Source of the DNA: Candidatus Poribacteria bacterium
Lineage (GTDB): Bacteria > Poribacteria > WGA-4E > JAJDTR01
DNA length: 64,000 nucleotides
NCBI GenBank assembly: GCA_965232235.1
Contig: OZ246960.1
Location: forward strand, 3,948,479 to 4,012,478
Reading direction: 5' to 3'
Positions 1-8,872 of the stretch are shown here, piece after piece (position 1 is the stretch's first letter; each line of letters starts with the position of its first letter). The translations under genes were made by a program, and so were the position numbers. The notes beneath the pieces are model-generated. The model made no database searches and had not been told where the DNA came from. It was given only the letters and a program-made list of their open reading frames with translations.

Positions 1-1
1 C

Positions 2-562
2 AATCTCACCGAAGGTCAGCATCAACGGAATCTATATCCGGCGTGGTCGCCCGATGGAATGAGAATCGCTTTTGGCGCACTGCAGGTACCGCGCGGTGAA
101 CAGAATATGTCGGATATCTTTGTGATAGATGTGGATGGTGCAAATCGCATTAATCTTACTCAAAATCCTGAAGCGGTGAATCAGTTCCCGGCATGGTCAC
201 CCGATGGGAAGCGGATTGCGTATGAGGCATCGCCTAATCCCACTCGCTGGTTTGCCCCTGTCAATATCCACGTTATGAATGCGGATGGGAGCCATCCTGT
301 AATCCTCACCGAAGAGAGACGATTCGCGTCCGAGGGGCTTCCTACGTGGTCGCCTAGCGGAGAGAAAATTGCCTTTCACCGACGGGAGCCGGACAGCAGG
401 GATGACATATTCGTAATAAACGCCGATGGCACGGGGCTCCTAAACATTACGGCAACGCTGCTAATAGAGGAGATTCACCCTTCGTGGAGTCCTGTGCCAC
501 TACTAGAATCAAGGCGCGAAAGGTTGGTAACTAGGTGGGGAGCAGTCAAACTCCCGCGCTGA
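2..562 (+). CDS. TolB-like PD40 beta-propeller repeat protein, C-terminal part (5' end outside the window)
   Basis: Frame is open from nt 2 (NLTEGQHQRNLYPAWSPDG...). It has repeated WSPDG / IAF / DADG blade motifs. It is ~75% identical to the C-terminal half of the 2823..3902 product. It ends with the family tail LVTRWGAVKLPR. Confidence 0.8.
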   Translation, partial: NLTEGQHQRNLYPAWSPDGMRIAFGALQVPRGEQNMSDIFVIDVDGANRINLTQNPEAVNQFPAWSPDGKRIAYEASPNPTRWFAPVNIHVMNADGSHPVILTEERRFASEGLPTWSPSGEKIAFHRREPDSRDDIFVINADGTGLLNITATLLIEEIHPSWSPVPLLESRRERLVTRWGAVKLPR

Positions 563-623
563 GTCGTGTTCAAAACGGATAATTCAGCGTTTAATCTTGA
601 TTGCAACGAGGGAGTAACCGACG

Positions 624-1619
624 ATGCAACGGAAACACAGCCTAACCAGTTCAGTTTTCGTTTCGGTCTGCATCTTGAATTTGACTCTATTGACGCGGGG
701 CGTTGACGCACGCGCACAGATTACCTTCACCTCAACGAGAGACGGGAATCCCGGAATTTACGTGATGGATGCCGATGGAGAGAATCAGATAAGACTGACA
801 CGAAATCCGGAAGAGGACAAGATGCCTTCATGGTCGCCCGATGGAAAAAAGATCGCGTTTGTTTCCATGAGAAATACTGGCAGAATCCAAATCCACGTGA
901 TGGATAGCAATGGAGAAAACATTAGAAGAATTACCGAAGGGGCATTTGACTTGGACCCGGCATGGTCTCCGAACGGTCGAACGATTGCCTACGATGGTCG
1001 AGAAGTTGGAGAAGAAAATAGAAAAATACATTTGATTGACCCCGATGGAGCGAATCGACGAAGATGGGCTGGGGACATCCGGTCATGGGACATGGCGGCA
1101 GCATGGTCTCCCGACAGTCAACGGATTGCATTTTTGTCTTCACGAGGAATTTGGAGGAATGAAATATACGTGATGGACGCTGATGGCACGAATCAGAAGA
1201 GGCTAACCCGCGATGGGTGGGATGATCGCCACCCGGCATGGTCTCCTGACGGGAGCAAGATTGCATTTGCGGTTTTAGGGGATGCTAATTCATTTATCGT
1301 CGTGATGGACGCCGATGGCAGCGACAGAGAGAGACTGCCCGAGGATGCCCGGGATGGCGTCCCAGTGTTGGACTCTTACCCGGCGTGGGCTCCGGACGGA
1401 AGCAAGATTGCATATTACTCCGGTAAACGTGACGAAAAAAGGGGAAGCATCCATTTGATGACCGCCGATGGAAAATACCTTAAACGTCTGGGCAACGTGC
1501 ACAAGGGGTACGACTACGATCCCGATTGGTTTGACCCTGCGGCACTCGCCGTGTTCCCGGTAAGCAAGCAACTTACAATCTGGGGAAAGCTCAAGGAGCT
1601 CGAATCCATCCCGCGCTAA
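624..1619 (+). CDS. secreted TolB-like PD40 beta-propeller repeat protein
   Basis: GGGAG lies 9 nt upstream of the ATG. There is an N-terminal signal-peptide-like segment (SVFVSVCILNLTLLTRGVDARA). At least six WSPDG-type blades are present. The C-terminal tail is AALAVFPVSKQLTIWGKLKELESIPR. Confidence 0.85.
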   Translation: MQRKHSLTSSVFVSVCILNLTLLTRGVDARAQITFTSTRDGNPGIYVMDADGENQIRLTRNPEEDKMPSWSPDGKKIAFVSMRNTGRIQIHVMDSNGENIRRITEGAFDLDPAWSPNGRTIAYDGREVGEENRKIHLIDPDGANRRRWAGDIRSWDMAAAWSPDSQRIAFLSSRGIWRNEIYVMDADGTNQKRLTRDGWDDRHPAWSPDGSKIAFAVLGDANSFIVVMDADGSDRERLPEDARDGVPVLDSYPAWAPDGSKIAYYSGKRDEKRGSIHLMTADGKYLKRLGNVHKGYDYDPDWFDPAALAVFPVSKQLTIWGKLKELESIPR

Positions 1620-1675
1620 TCTCTACATATACTAGTCATGTACTGATGGGCTTAAATTGGCACGTAGGAGGAATC

Positions 1676-2704
1676 ATGCCGCTGAAATCGAACTGCACAC
1701 TGCTGTATTTCACAGGGCTCCTAGTATTCCTGTTTAGTGAGACGATATCCGGGAGAATCGTCCTCGCCTCTCATCACAAGGCACAGATTGCATTCTCGTC
1801 TACGAGAGACGGGAACCTTGAAATCTACGTGATGGACGCCGATGGAAATAATCAGATACGACTAACGAACCATCCGGAGGTGGACTACCAGCCTTCATGG
1901 TCGCCCGATGGGGCAAGAATTGCATTTGTGTCAAATAGAAATGGGGGCAATGAGCAAATCTACGTGATGGATAGCAACGGAAAAAACGTGAAACTACTGA
2001 CCAATGGTATTTTGGGCTCGTATCCGGCGTGGTCTCCGGACGGTCAAACGATTGCCTACCATGGCGCTGAAAAAGACGACTGGGTTGATGAAGATGAAGT
2101 GCACTCTAAAATATTCTTGATTGCCCCCGATGGGTCGAATCGGCGAATACTGGCTGAGGACATCCCATCGTCGGACGGAGAACCAGCGTGGTCGCCCGAC
2201 AGTCAACGGATTGCATTTGTGTCTTGGCGAGAAGATTGGACTTGGACCGGCGATATTGGCGTGATGGACGCTGACGGTACGAATCCGAAGAGGCTAACAC
2301 ACACGCCGGTTAATGAGAGGCATCCGGCATGGTCTCCCGACGGGAGCAAAATCGCTTTTACCACGGTGCTGGAAGAAGACTTTGTCTTGTCAGTGATGGA
2401 TGCGGAGGGCACAAACCAAAAGATTCTGACCGAGGAAGTGCTGGATGGGCGTATGCAGCTGGTCTTCCATCCCGCGTGGTCTCCTGACGGTCGGACGATT
2501 GCATATTACTTCGGCCGAGGCCTCGATAGGGGCATCCATTTAATTACCGCCGATGGAGAATACCTTAAACGCCTGGGTGACGTGCACAAGGGAGGAGACG
2601 CCTGGCCCGATTGGTTTGCAGCGGCGTCACTCGCCGTGCCACCGGCGAGCAAGCAGGTTACAACTTGGGGTAAGCTCAAGAAATTGGCGTCCAAGCTGCG
2701 ATAA
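1676..2704 (+). CDS. secreted TolB-like PD40 beta-propeller repeat protein
   Basis: The start context AGGAGGAATCATG is shared with paralogs at 4835 and 5776. The signal peptide reads MPLKSNCTLLYFTGLLVFLFSETISG. WSPDG repeats are present. The tail is ASLAVPPASKQVTTWGKLKKLASKLR. The longer ORF start at 1646 would translate the RBS and is rejected. Confidence 0.85.
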   Translation: MPLKSNCTLLYFTGLLVFLFSETISGRIVLASHHKAQIAFSSTRDGNLEIYVMDADGNNQIRLTNHPEVDYQPSWSPDGARIAFVSNRNGGNEQIYVMDSNGKNVKLLTNGILGSYPAWSPDGQTIAYHGAEKDDWVDEDEVHSKIFLIAPDGSNRRILAEDIPSSDGEPAWSPDSQRIAFVSWREDWTWTGDIGVMDADGTNPKRLTHTPVNERHPAWSPDGSKIAFTTVLEEDFVLSVMDAEGTNQKILTEEVLDGRMQLVFHPAWSPDGRTIAYYFGRGLDRGIHLITADGEYLKRLGDVHKGGDAWPDWFAAASLAVPPASKQVTTWGKLKKLASKLR

Positions 2705-2822
2705 TCAGTGAACATCCCGCCAGGGCGTCGAAGAACAATGGTCATATTCGCACGGTGACCTTGCACACACATGGATATTCTACGTGAAGTTGCGCATCGC
2801 CAGGGTGGATTGGGCATAAGTC

Positions 2823-3902
2823 ATGAAGGCAATAGAAGATAGTTCTTTCCAAGGATGGAACTGCGAAATGCGTTTACGCTTATTGAGAAGGATCTCTCAA
2901 CGCATAAGAAGTGCTTCCAGTGTGCTGATACTGGGCTTACTCATGACATTGGCAACCCCGGGATTTGGCGTGAGGGGCGAGATTGCCTATTACTCCCATA
3001 GAGAGGGCGAGTGGAGTTGGTTTATCCACGTCATAAATACGAATGGCTCGGAGCCAATCAAACTCGCGGAAGGCGGCACGCCGGCCTGGTCGCCGGATGG
3101 GAAGAAAATTGCATTTTCGTTTGGATTTAGAGGTTTTTTCGGCGATGTCGTCGGTATTTATGTCGTTGATGCCAACGGCGATAACCGGGTCAAACTCACC
3201 CGAAATCAGAACAATAGGAATCTGTTTCCGGCATGGTCGCCCGACGGAACGAAGATTGCCTTCTGGTCAAACCGCGAAGGTCAACCGGACATTTATGCGA
3301 TGAACGCCGACGGGATGAATCCGACTAACCTTACCCGCGACCCACACGACGAGGATAGACCGTCTTGGTCACCCGACGGGAAAAAAATCGCATTTGGAGC
3401 GCTGCTGCTCCCGCGCGGAGAAAAAAGCTTGTCGGACATCTTCGTAATGGATGCCGATGGTGGGAATCGCATCAACCTCACCCAAAACCCGGAAGTCGTG
3501 AATCAGTTTCCGGCGTGGTCGCCCGATGGAACGAGGATTGCGTATGAGGCGTCGCCCCACCCCAATCACTGGTTTCCGCCCTCCAACATTTATGTCATGA
3601 ATGCAGACGGTAGCCAGCCGGAGATGCTCACCGCAGGGAGGCGATTCGCGTCCGAAGGGCTTCCGACGTGGTCACCGTACGGAAGAAGGATTGCCTATCA
3701 TCGAAGGGAGCCGGACGGCAAGAATGACATCTTCGTCATTAACACTGACGGCACCGGTCTTCTGAACCTCACCAAATCTGAGTTTGTAGAGGAGCTAAGT
3801 CCTTCTTGGCGCCCCGCACCACTAGCAGTATCCGCTCGCGGGAGGTTGGCAACCAAATGGGGAGCGGTGAAACTGCACCGCGATTCCGCCTTAGGGGATT
3901 AA
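2823..3902 (+). CDS. secreted TolB-like PD40 beta-propeller repeat protein
   Basis: WSPDG repeats are present. It is a paralog of the 2..562 fragment. The tail is PLAVSARGRLATKWGAVKLHR. An alternative start at 2868 (MRLRLLRR... signal peptide) is possible. Confidence 0.8.
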   Translation: MKAIEDSSFQGWNCEMRLRLLRRISQRIRSASSVLILGLLMTLATPGFGVRGEIAYYSHREGEWSWFIHVINTNGSEPIKLAEGGTPAWSPDGKKIAFSFGFRGFFGDVVGIYVVDANGDNRVKLTRNQNNRNLFPAWSPDGTKIAFWSNREGQPDIYAMNADGMNPTNLTRDPHDEDRPSWSPDGKKIAFGALLLPRGEKSLSDIFVMDADGGNRINLTQNPEVVNQFPAWSPDGTRIAYEASPHPNHWFPPSNIYVMNADGSQPEMLTAGRRFASEGLPTWSPYGRRIAYHRREPDGKNDIFVINTDGTGLLNLTKSEFVEELSPSWRPAPLAVSARGRLATKWGAVKLHRDSALGD

Positions 3903-3958
3903 CCATGTCCTGTGCTCTTGTGCTTGAACGCATGAATCAATTTACGGAGGCAAGCGAG

Positions 3959-4783
3959 ATGAGAAGAGTGATACCAACCCTCGGCGCAGCGTTCTTCTTG
4001 GCAACTCAATGTATGGCGGCATTCGCCAATATAGTTCCCGGCGCCGTACTCCACCTTGATGCCCGTAACAACCCCAACCATCCCGACGCATGGACGAGCA
4101 TAGCCGAAGCTGGCGGACACGTGCCGCCTATGGATGCGCCGCCTGCACTGGAAGAAGGCCCTATCAAGATTCCGGATATCGGAATTGACGAGCCCAAGGC
4201 GAAGTATTATACCTCCCGGAAACGCGCAGAGATGTACGGTACCAAAGGCTTTGCTCCTCCCCTGGCGCTTGAAGACTGGACGATAGAGCTCCTCGTGCGG
4301 CGCAACGGGGACATGTTTCATGATGAACATCAACTCGCCGGTGTAAACGCGGTATGGGCGAGGCAACAAGGAATTCGGTTTGGTCTTGACGCTGCAAACA
4401 ACCTAAAAATGGTCATTTATGAAGCCGGTGTAGATAAACCGGTGTCGTCAAACATTATACTTGAGGAGGGCGTATGGAACTGGGTAGCATTTACCGGCAG
4501 AGACAAAGAGGAGATTTTGGCATACCACAACGGTAGAGAGGTCAACAAGCGCCCGGGCGTGGATCTTCAAAGAAATGTACAGATGAGGACAATCACAATC
4601 GGCGCTTCTACTCCTAGCGAAAAAGTTCGGAACTTCAACGGTTCAATCGCGCTTTTCCGTGTTTATGACAAGGTGCTGAGAGAGAATGAGATTATGCAAA
4701 ACATCAACGCCTGGTCCGGCTTAGCCGTTGACCCCGGCGCAAAACTGGCGACAACCTGGGGATCCCTGAAGGCATCGCATTAA
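3959..4783 (+). CDS. secreted LamG/concanavalin-like jelly-roll domain protein carrying the same C-terminal tail as the PD40 family
   Basis: GGAGG lies 8 nt upstream of ATG 3959. The signal peptide is MRRVIPTLGAAFFLATQCMAAFA. The LamG-type core reads WNWVAFTGRDKEEILAYHNGREV...NFNGSIALFRVYDKVLRENEI. The C-terminus is LAVDPGAKLATTWGSLKASH. The ORF-track start at 3806 overlaps the upstream gene and is rejected. Confidence 0.7.
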   Translation: MRRVIPTLGAAFFLATQCMAAFANIVPGAVLHLDARNNPNHPDAWTSIAEAGGHVPPMDAPPALEEGPIKIPDIGIDEPKAKYYTSRKRAEMYGTKGFAPPLALEDWTIELLVRRNGDMFHDEHQLAGVNAVWARQQGIRFGLDAANNLKMVIYEAGVDKPVSSNIILEEGVWNWVAFTGRDKEEILAYHNGREVNKRPGVDLQRNVQMRTITIGASTPSEKVRNFNGSIALFRVYDKVLRENEIMQNINAWSGLAVDPGAKLATTWGSLKASH

Positions 4784-4834
4784 GCCGCCGCTCGATTGCG
4801 TGCTTCAGAGCCTGTCCGAAACGTAGGAGGATTC

Positions 4835-5719
4835 ATGGTACTGAAACCTAACTGCATACTTCTGTTTTTCGCGGGATTTCTAGTTTCCTTGTTGAGTGAG
4901 ACGATGCTTGGGAGAACCCTCCTTGCCTCTCATCACAAACCGCAGATTGCATTCGGTTCAACGAGAGACGGGAATCCGGAAATATACGTAATGGATGCCG
5001 ATGGAAATAATCAGATACGACTAACGAACCATCCGGAAACGGACTTGGCTCCCTCTTGGTCGTCCGACGGGGTAAGAATTGCATTTTCCTCCAATAGAAA
5101 TGGCGGCAATTATCAAATCTACGTGATGGATAGCAATGGAAAAAACATAAGAAGGTTAACTGACGGAGATGATGATTGGAGTCCGGCATGGTCCCCAGAC
5201 GGCAAAAGGATTGCTTTTCACAGTAAGAGAGATGAAGAGAGAGCTAAGATATTCGTGGTTGCTCCCGATGGATCGAACCTGCGAAGACTGGCTGGGGACA
5301 TTCCATCGTCTGACATAGAAGCGGCGTGGTCGCCCGACAGTCAACGGATTGCGTTTGCGTCTTATCGAGGTGATAGATCCGCCGAAATCTACGTGATGGA
5401 CGCCGATGGCGCGAATCATCAGAGGCTGACACACGATGAAGCGACTGATCGCGAACCGGCATGGTCCGTGGTGGACGCTGACGGCAGCAAGAAGTTGTGG
5501 CGTTTTAAGGTCCGAGAGTTAGATGTCTCCGACATACCAGGGCGCAATGATACAGCGATCCATTTGATGACCGCCGATGGAGTGCACCTTAAGCGTTTGG
5601 GTAAGGAGGGAGACTACTCGCCCGATTGGTTTGACCCTGCGGCACTCGCCGTGTTTCCAGCAAGCAACCAGCTTACAATCTGGGGTAAACTCAAGAAGTC
5701 GGAATCCAATCCGCGCTAA
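4835..5719 (+). CDS. secreted TolB-like PD40 beta-propeller protein (paralog with an internal ~40-aa deletion)
   Basis: Start context is AGGAGGATTCATG. The first ~60 aa are nearly identical to the 5776 paralog. Relative to that paralog the stretch EPAWSSDGSKIVF...TWSPDGRSIAYVSGIPG is collapsed to EPAWSVVDADGSKKLWRFKVRELDVSDIPG. The tail AALAVFPASNQLTIWGKLKKSESNPR is retained. Confidence 0.8.
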   Translation: MVLKPNCILLFFAGFLVSLLSETMLGRTLLASHHKPQIAFGSTRDGNPEIYVMDADGNNQIRLTNHPETDLAPSWSSDGVRIAFSSNRNGGNYQIYVMDSNGKNIRRLTDGDDDWSPAWSPDGKRIAFHSKRDEERAKIFVVAPDGSNLRRLAGDIPSSDIEAAWSPDSQRIAFASYRGDRSAEIYVMDADGANHQRLTHDEATDREPAWSVVDADGSKKLWRFKVRELDVSDIPGRNDTAIHLMTADGVHLKRLGKEGDYSPDWFDPAALAVFPASNQLTIWGKLKKSESNPR

Positions 5720-5775
5720 TTTCTACATATACTTGCCTTATTCTAAAGGGCTTGAAATGGCAGCCAGGAGGATTC

Positions 5776-6825
5776 ATGGTACTGAAACCTAACTGCATAC
5801 TTCTGTTTTTCGCGGGATTTCTAGTTTCCTTGTTGAGTGAGACGATGATTGGGAGAACCCTCCTTGCCTCTCATCACAAACCGCAGATTGCATTCGGTTC
5901 AACGAGAGACGGGAATCCGGAAATATACGTAATGGATGCCGATGGAAATAATCAGATACGACTAACGAACCATCCGGAAACGGACTTGGCTCCTTCATGG
6001 TCGCCCGATGGGAGCAGAATCGCATTTTCCTCCAATAGAAACGGCGGCAGTTACCAAATCTACGTGATGGATAGCAATGGAAAAAACGTGAGAAGACTAA
6101 CCGCAGGAATTAACGACCGAAATCCCGCGTGGTCTCCGGACGGCCAAAAGATTGCTTTCACCGGTATTGGGGATGAAGAAATTGGACGTGAAAAGAGGAA
6201 AGCTAAAATATTCGTCGTTCATCCCGATGGAACGAATCCTCAAGAATTAGCTGGCCACATCCCTTCAACCGACCTGGACCCGGCATGGTCGCCCGACAGT
6301 CAACGGATTGCGTTTGCGTCGTATCGAGAAGGCATATCTGCTGAAATCTACGTGATGGACGCCGATGGCGCGAATCATCAGAGGCTGACACACGATGAAG
6401 CGACTGATCGCGAACCGGCATGGTCCTCTGACGGCAGCAAGATTGTCTTTAAGGCAGAGTTAGACGAGGATGATATTATCGCCGTGGTGGACGCTGACGG
6501 CAACAACCGAAAGAATCTGACCAAAGAAGTAATGAATGGCGTTTGGGAGTCGAAAACCGGTCCGACGTGGTCTCCTGACGGCAGGTCGATTGCATATGTC
6601 TCCGGAATACCGGGGCGTAATGATACGGCAATCCATTTGATGACCGTTGATGGAGTACATCTTAAGCGTCTGGGCAAATTGCACAACGGTGTAGACTATT
6701 CACCCGACTGGTTTGACCCTGCGGCACTCGCCGTGTCACCGGCGAACAGGCAGCACACAATTTGGGGTAAGCTCAAGAATTGGTCTGATGTGCCATTCAA
6801 TCCGGATGCGCATGAATCACATTGA
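5776..6825 (+). CDS. secreted TolB-like PD40 beta-propeller repeat protein
   Basis: Start context is AGGAGGATTCATG. It has a signal peptide and WSPDG repeats. The tail is AALAVSPANRQHTIWGKLKNW... Confidence 0.85.
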   Translation: MVLKPNCILLFFAGFLVSLLSETMIGRTLLASHHKPQIAFGSTRDGNPEIYVMDADGNNQIRLTNHPETDLAPSWSPDGSRIAFSSNRNGGSYQIYVMDSNGKNVRRLTAGINDRNPAWSPDGQKIAFTGIGDEEIGREKRKAKIFVVHPDGTNPQELAGHIPSTDLDPAWSPDSQRIAFASYREGISAEIYVMDADGANHQRLTHDEATDREPAWSSDGSKIVFKAELDEDDIIAVVDADGNNRKNLTKEVMNGVWESKTGPTWSPDGRSIAYVSGIPGRNDTAIHLMTVDGVHLKRLGKLHNGVDYSPDWFDPAALAVSPANRQHTIWGKLKNWSDVPFNPDAHESH

Positions 6826-6985
6826 AGCGATGCACTCATAATGGCTTAACTGGCAAAACCAAGATGTGTCTGCGATTTTGCTCGGAGAGGATTTTCTGTC
6901 TGAATCAATACTCAATCTGACAAGTAGTTGCGATGATGCAGATATACTTTAGAAGTGCGAAACTCAAGAAAGGGGATTCTGACCC

Positions 6986-7951
6986 GTGAATAATAGCAGC
7001 CCATTTTTAAGGCGATGGTTATCGTTACTGCTATTGGCGTTGATAGTTGCGTTAGATGGGGCAGCGCAGAGATTCGAACCGAGAATCCTGTTTGAATCGA
7101 ACCGCAACGGCAACTGGGATATCTACGCCATCGACGTAAACGGAAATAATCTCCTCCAACTTACCGACAATCCCACAGACGATCGCAGTCCTGCTTGCTC
7201 ACCGGATGGGAGAATGATTGCTTTCACGTCTATGCGACATGGTCCTCCGGACCTTTACTTGATGGACAGTAATGGCAATAACGTCGTCAGACTCACTAAT
7301 AGCAATTGGCGAGAGGGTTCCCCGTTTTGGTCGCCGGATGGCACTAAGATTGCTTTTACATCATACCGAGTTGACAACTCAGAGATCTACACAATGAACC
7401 CTGATGGAAATAATCTATTCAGGTTGACTCGGCACCAAATGTGGGAAAGCTCTCCAAGTTGGTCTCCGGATGGAAGCAAAATAGCCTTTGACTCCAATCC
7501 AGATGGGCCCTTTGGATCCGACCATATTTTTGTCATGGATGCAGATGGAACGAGGGTGCGCAACCTCACTCGCAACAAAGACATATCCAACAGTCGCCAT
7601 CCTGCGTGGTCGCCGGATGGAAGCTGGATCGCGTTCGATGCCTGGCGTGACAGCAACGACATTTACGTGATGACTGCAAATGGGAAAAGACTCAGGAAGC
7701 TTACGGAAGGGAAGGGAAACAACCGGTCACCATCCTATTCGTCGGACGGAACAAGAATCATCTTTGTCTCAGACCGTGACGGAAATCATGATATTTATAT
7801 AATGGACACCAACGGACGAGGGGTGGTCAAACTCACGAAAACCCAACCCGGTGTTGAGAACAGATCTCCTCACTGGTTGCCGGAATTTCTTGCAGTGTCT
7901 CCACACGAGAGGACACCCACTTTCTGGGGAGCAATCAAAAGTAAACAGTAA
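6986..7951 (+). CDS. secreted TolB-like PD40 beta-propeller repeat protein (divergent subfamily)
   Basis: GTG start with AAAGGGGA upstream. The signal peptide is LSLLLLALIVALDGAAQ. It has WSPDG(T/S)KIAF repeats. The tail is FLAVSPHERTPTFWGAIKSKQ. Confidence 0.85.
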   Translation: MNNSSPFLRRWLSLLLLALIVALDGAAQRFEPRILFESNRNGNWDIYAIDVNGNNLLQLTDNPTDDRSPACSPDGRMIAFTSMRHGPPDLYLMDSNGNNVVRLTNSNWREGSPFWSPDGTKIAFTSYRVDNSEIYTMNPDGNNLFRLTRHQMWESSPSWSPDGSKIAFDSNPDGPFGSDHIFVMDADGTRVRNLTRNKDISNSRHPAWSPDGSWIAFDAWRDSNDIYVMTANGKRLRKLTEGKGNNRSPSYSSDGTRIIFVSDRDGNHDIYIMDTNGRGVVKLTKTQPGVENRSPHWLPEFLAVSPHERTPTFWGAIKSKQ

Positions 7952-8103
7952 TCCGTGTTGATCGGTAGCGTCCCATCATCCCTATCGGAATGATTCATTC
8001 AGCAAGCAACACTTTTGTACCGCAAACTGTTAGTTTGCGATCACAATCCATCAGCGGTACACGTTCATTTTTCGCTCTATGACTGGCTTTCCGAGAGTGT
8101 TAC

Positions 8104-8860
8104 TTGAGAGAATGGAAGCAGGTCGTAATGAGGTCTTTCGGACTATTCGAACGAATGCTGCACCGGAATGCTTTTTGTCGAAGCCTATTCGTAATAGGGA
8201 TAGGTTGTATCCTTGCGTTTGTTGAATCGGGCCAAGCCATTGACGCGAAAATTGCCTTCGGTTCAGACCGTGACGGCAACTCCGAAATCTACGTCATGGA
8301 ATCTGACGGGACAAACCCTGTCAGGCTGACCCAGAATCCGGCAGTTGACGCATATCCCGCTTGGTCGCCCGATGGGACAAAGATTGCCTTTACGTCTACC
8401 CGACGCAACGGATTCACTTGGGAAATCTATGTCATGAACACAGACGGGACAAAGCCGGTGCGCCGACGACAAACAACGGACGCTTTCCTGCATACGATGA
8501 ATCGCCTTCATGGTCGCTGGATGGGAAGCGAATCGTGTTTCAAGCGTGGAACGAAGGCAACCATGGCATCCACGTAATGAACGCCGACGGTGGCAATGTG
8601 CTACGGCTCACACGCCATTTCGCGTGGGACGCTTATCCAGCTTGGTCACCGGATGGATGAGCAATTGCATTTACATCACTCCGAAATTGGGCGTGTGAAG
8701 AAATTTCCTGATAAATCCTGATGGTACCAATCTCACTCAAATTACCAAATCTGTAGGTAGACACATGGCGAGAAGCGCAGCTTGGAGCCCTGCTCCGCAA
8801 CTAGTTTCTCCAAAAGAAAAGTTGGCTACCCAATTTGGGCACGTCAAACAGAGCCGATAA
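8104..8860 (+). pseudogene. frameshifted PD40 beta-propeller gene (pseudogene or assembly indel)
   Basis: PD40 homology is split over at least three frames (8104..8577, 8361..8660, and a third frame giving ...PDGTNLTQITKSVGRHMARSAAWSPAPQLVSPKEKLATQFGHVKQSR* ending at 8860). The C-terminal tail motif is still recognisable. Confidence 0.6.
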
Positions 8861-8872
8861 CCCGCAGGTATA

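Noticed and set aside
1646-1675. Upstream-extended starts from the ORF track (1646, 3806, 4796, 5752, 22221, 30370, 39485, 39957)
   Set aside because: Each extension translates the Shine-Dalgarno sequence or overlaps the preceding gene. Internal ATG/GTG codons with GGAGG-type RBS and signal peptides are preferred.
7060-7085. tRNA T-arm-like string GATTCGAACCGAGAATCC
   Set aside because: It lies inside the PD40 CDS at 6986..7951, in frame (QRFEPRIL), with no acceptor or anticodon stem context.
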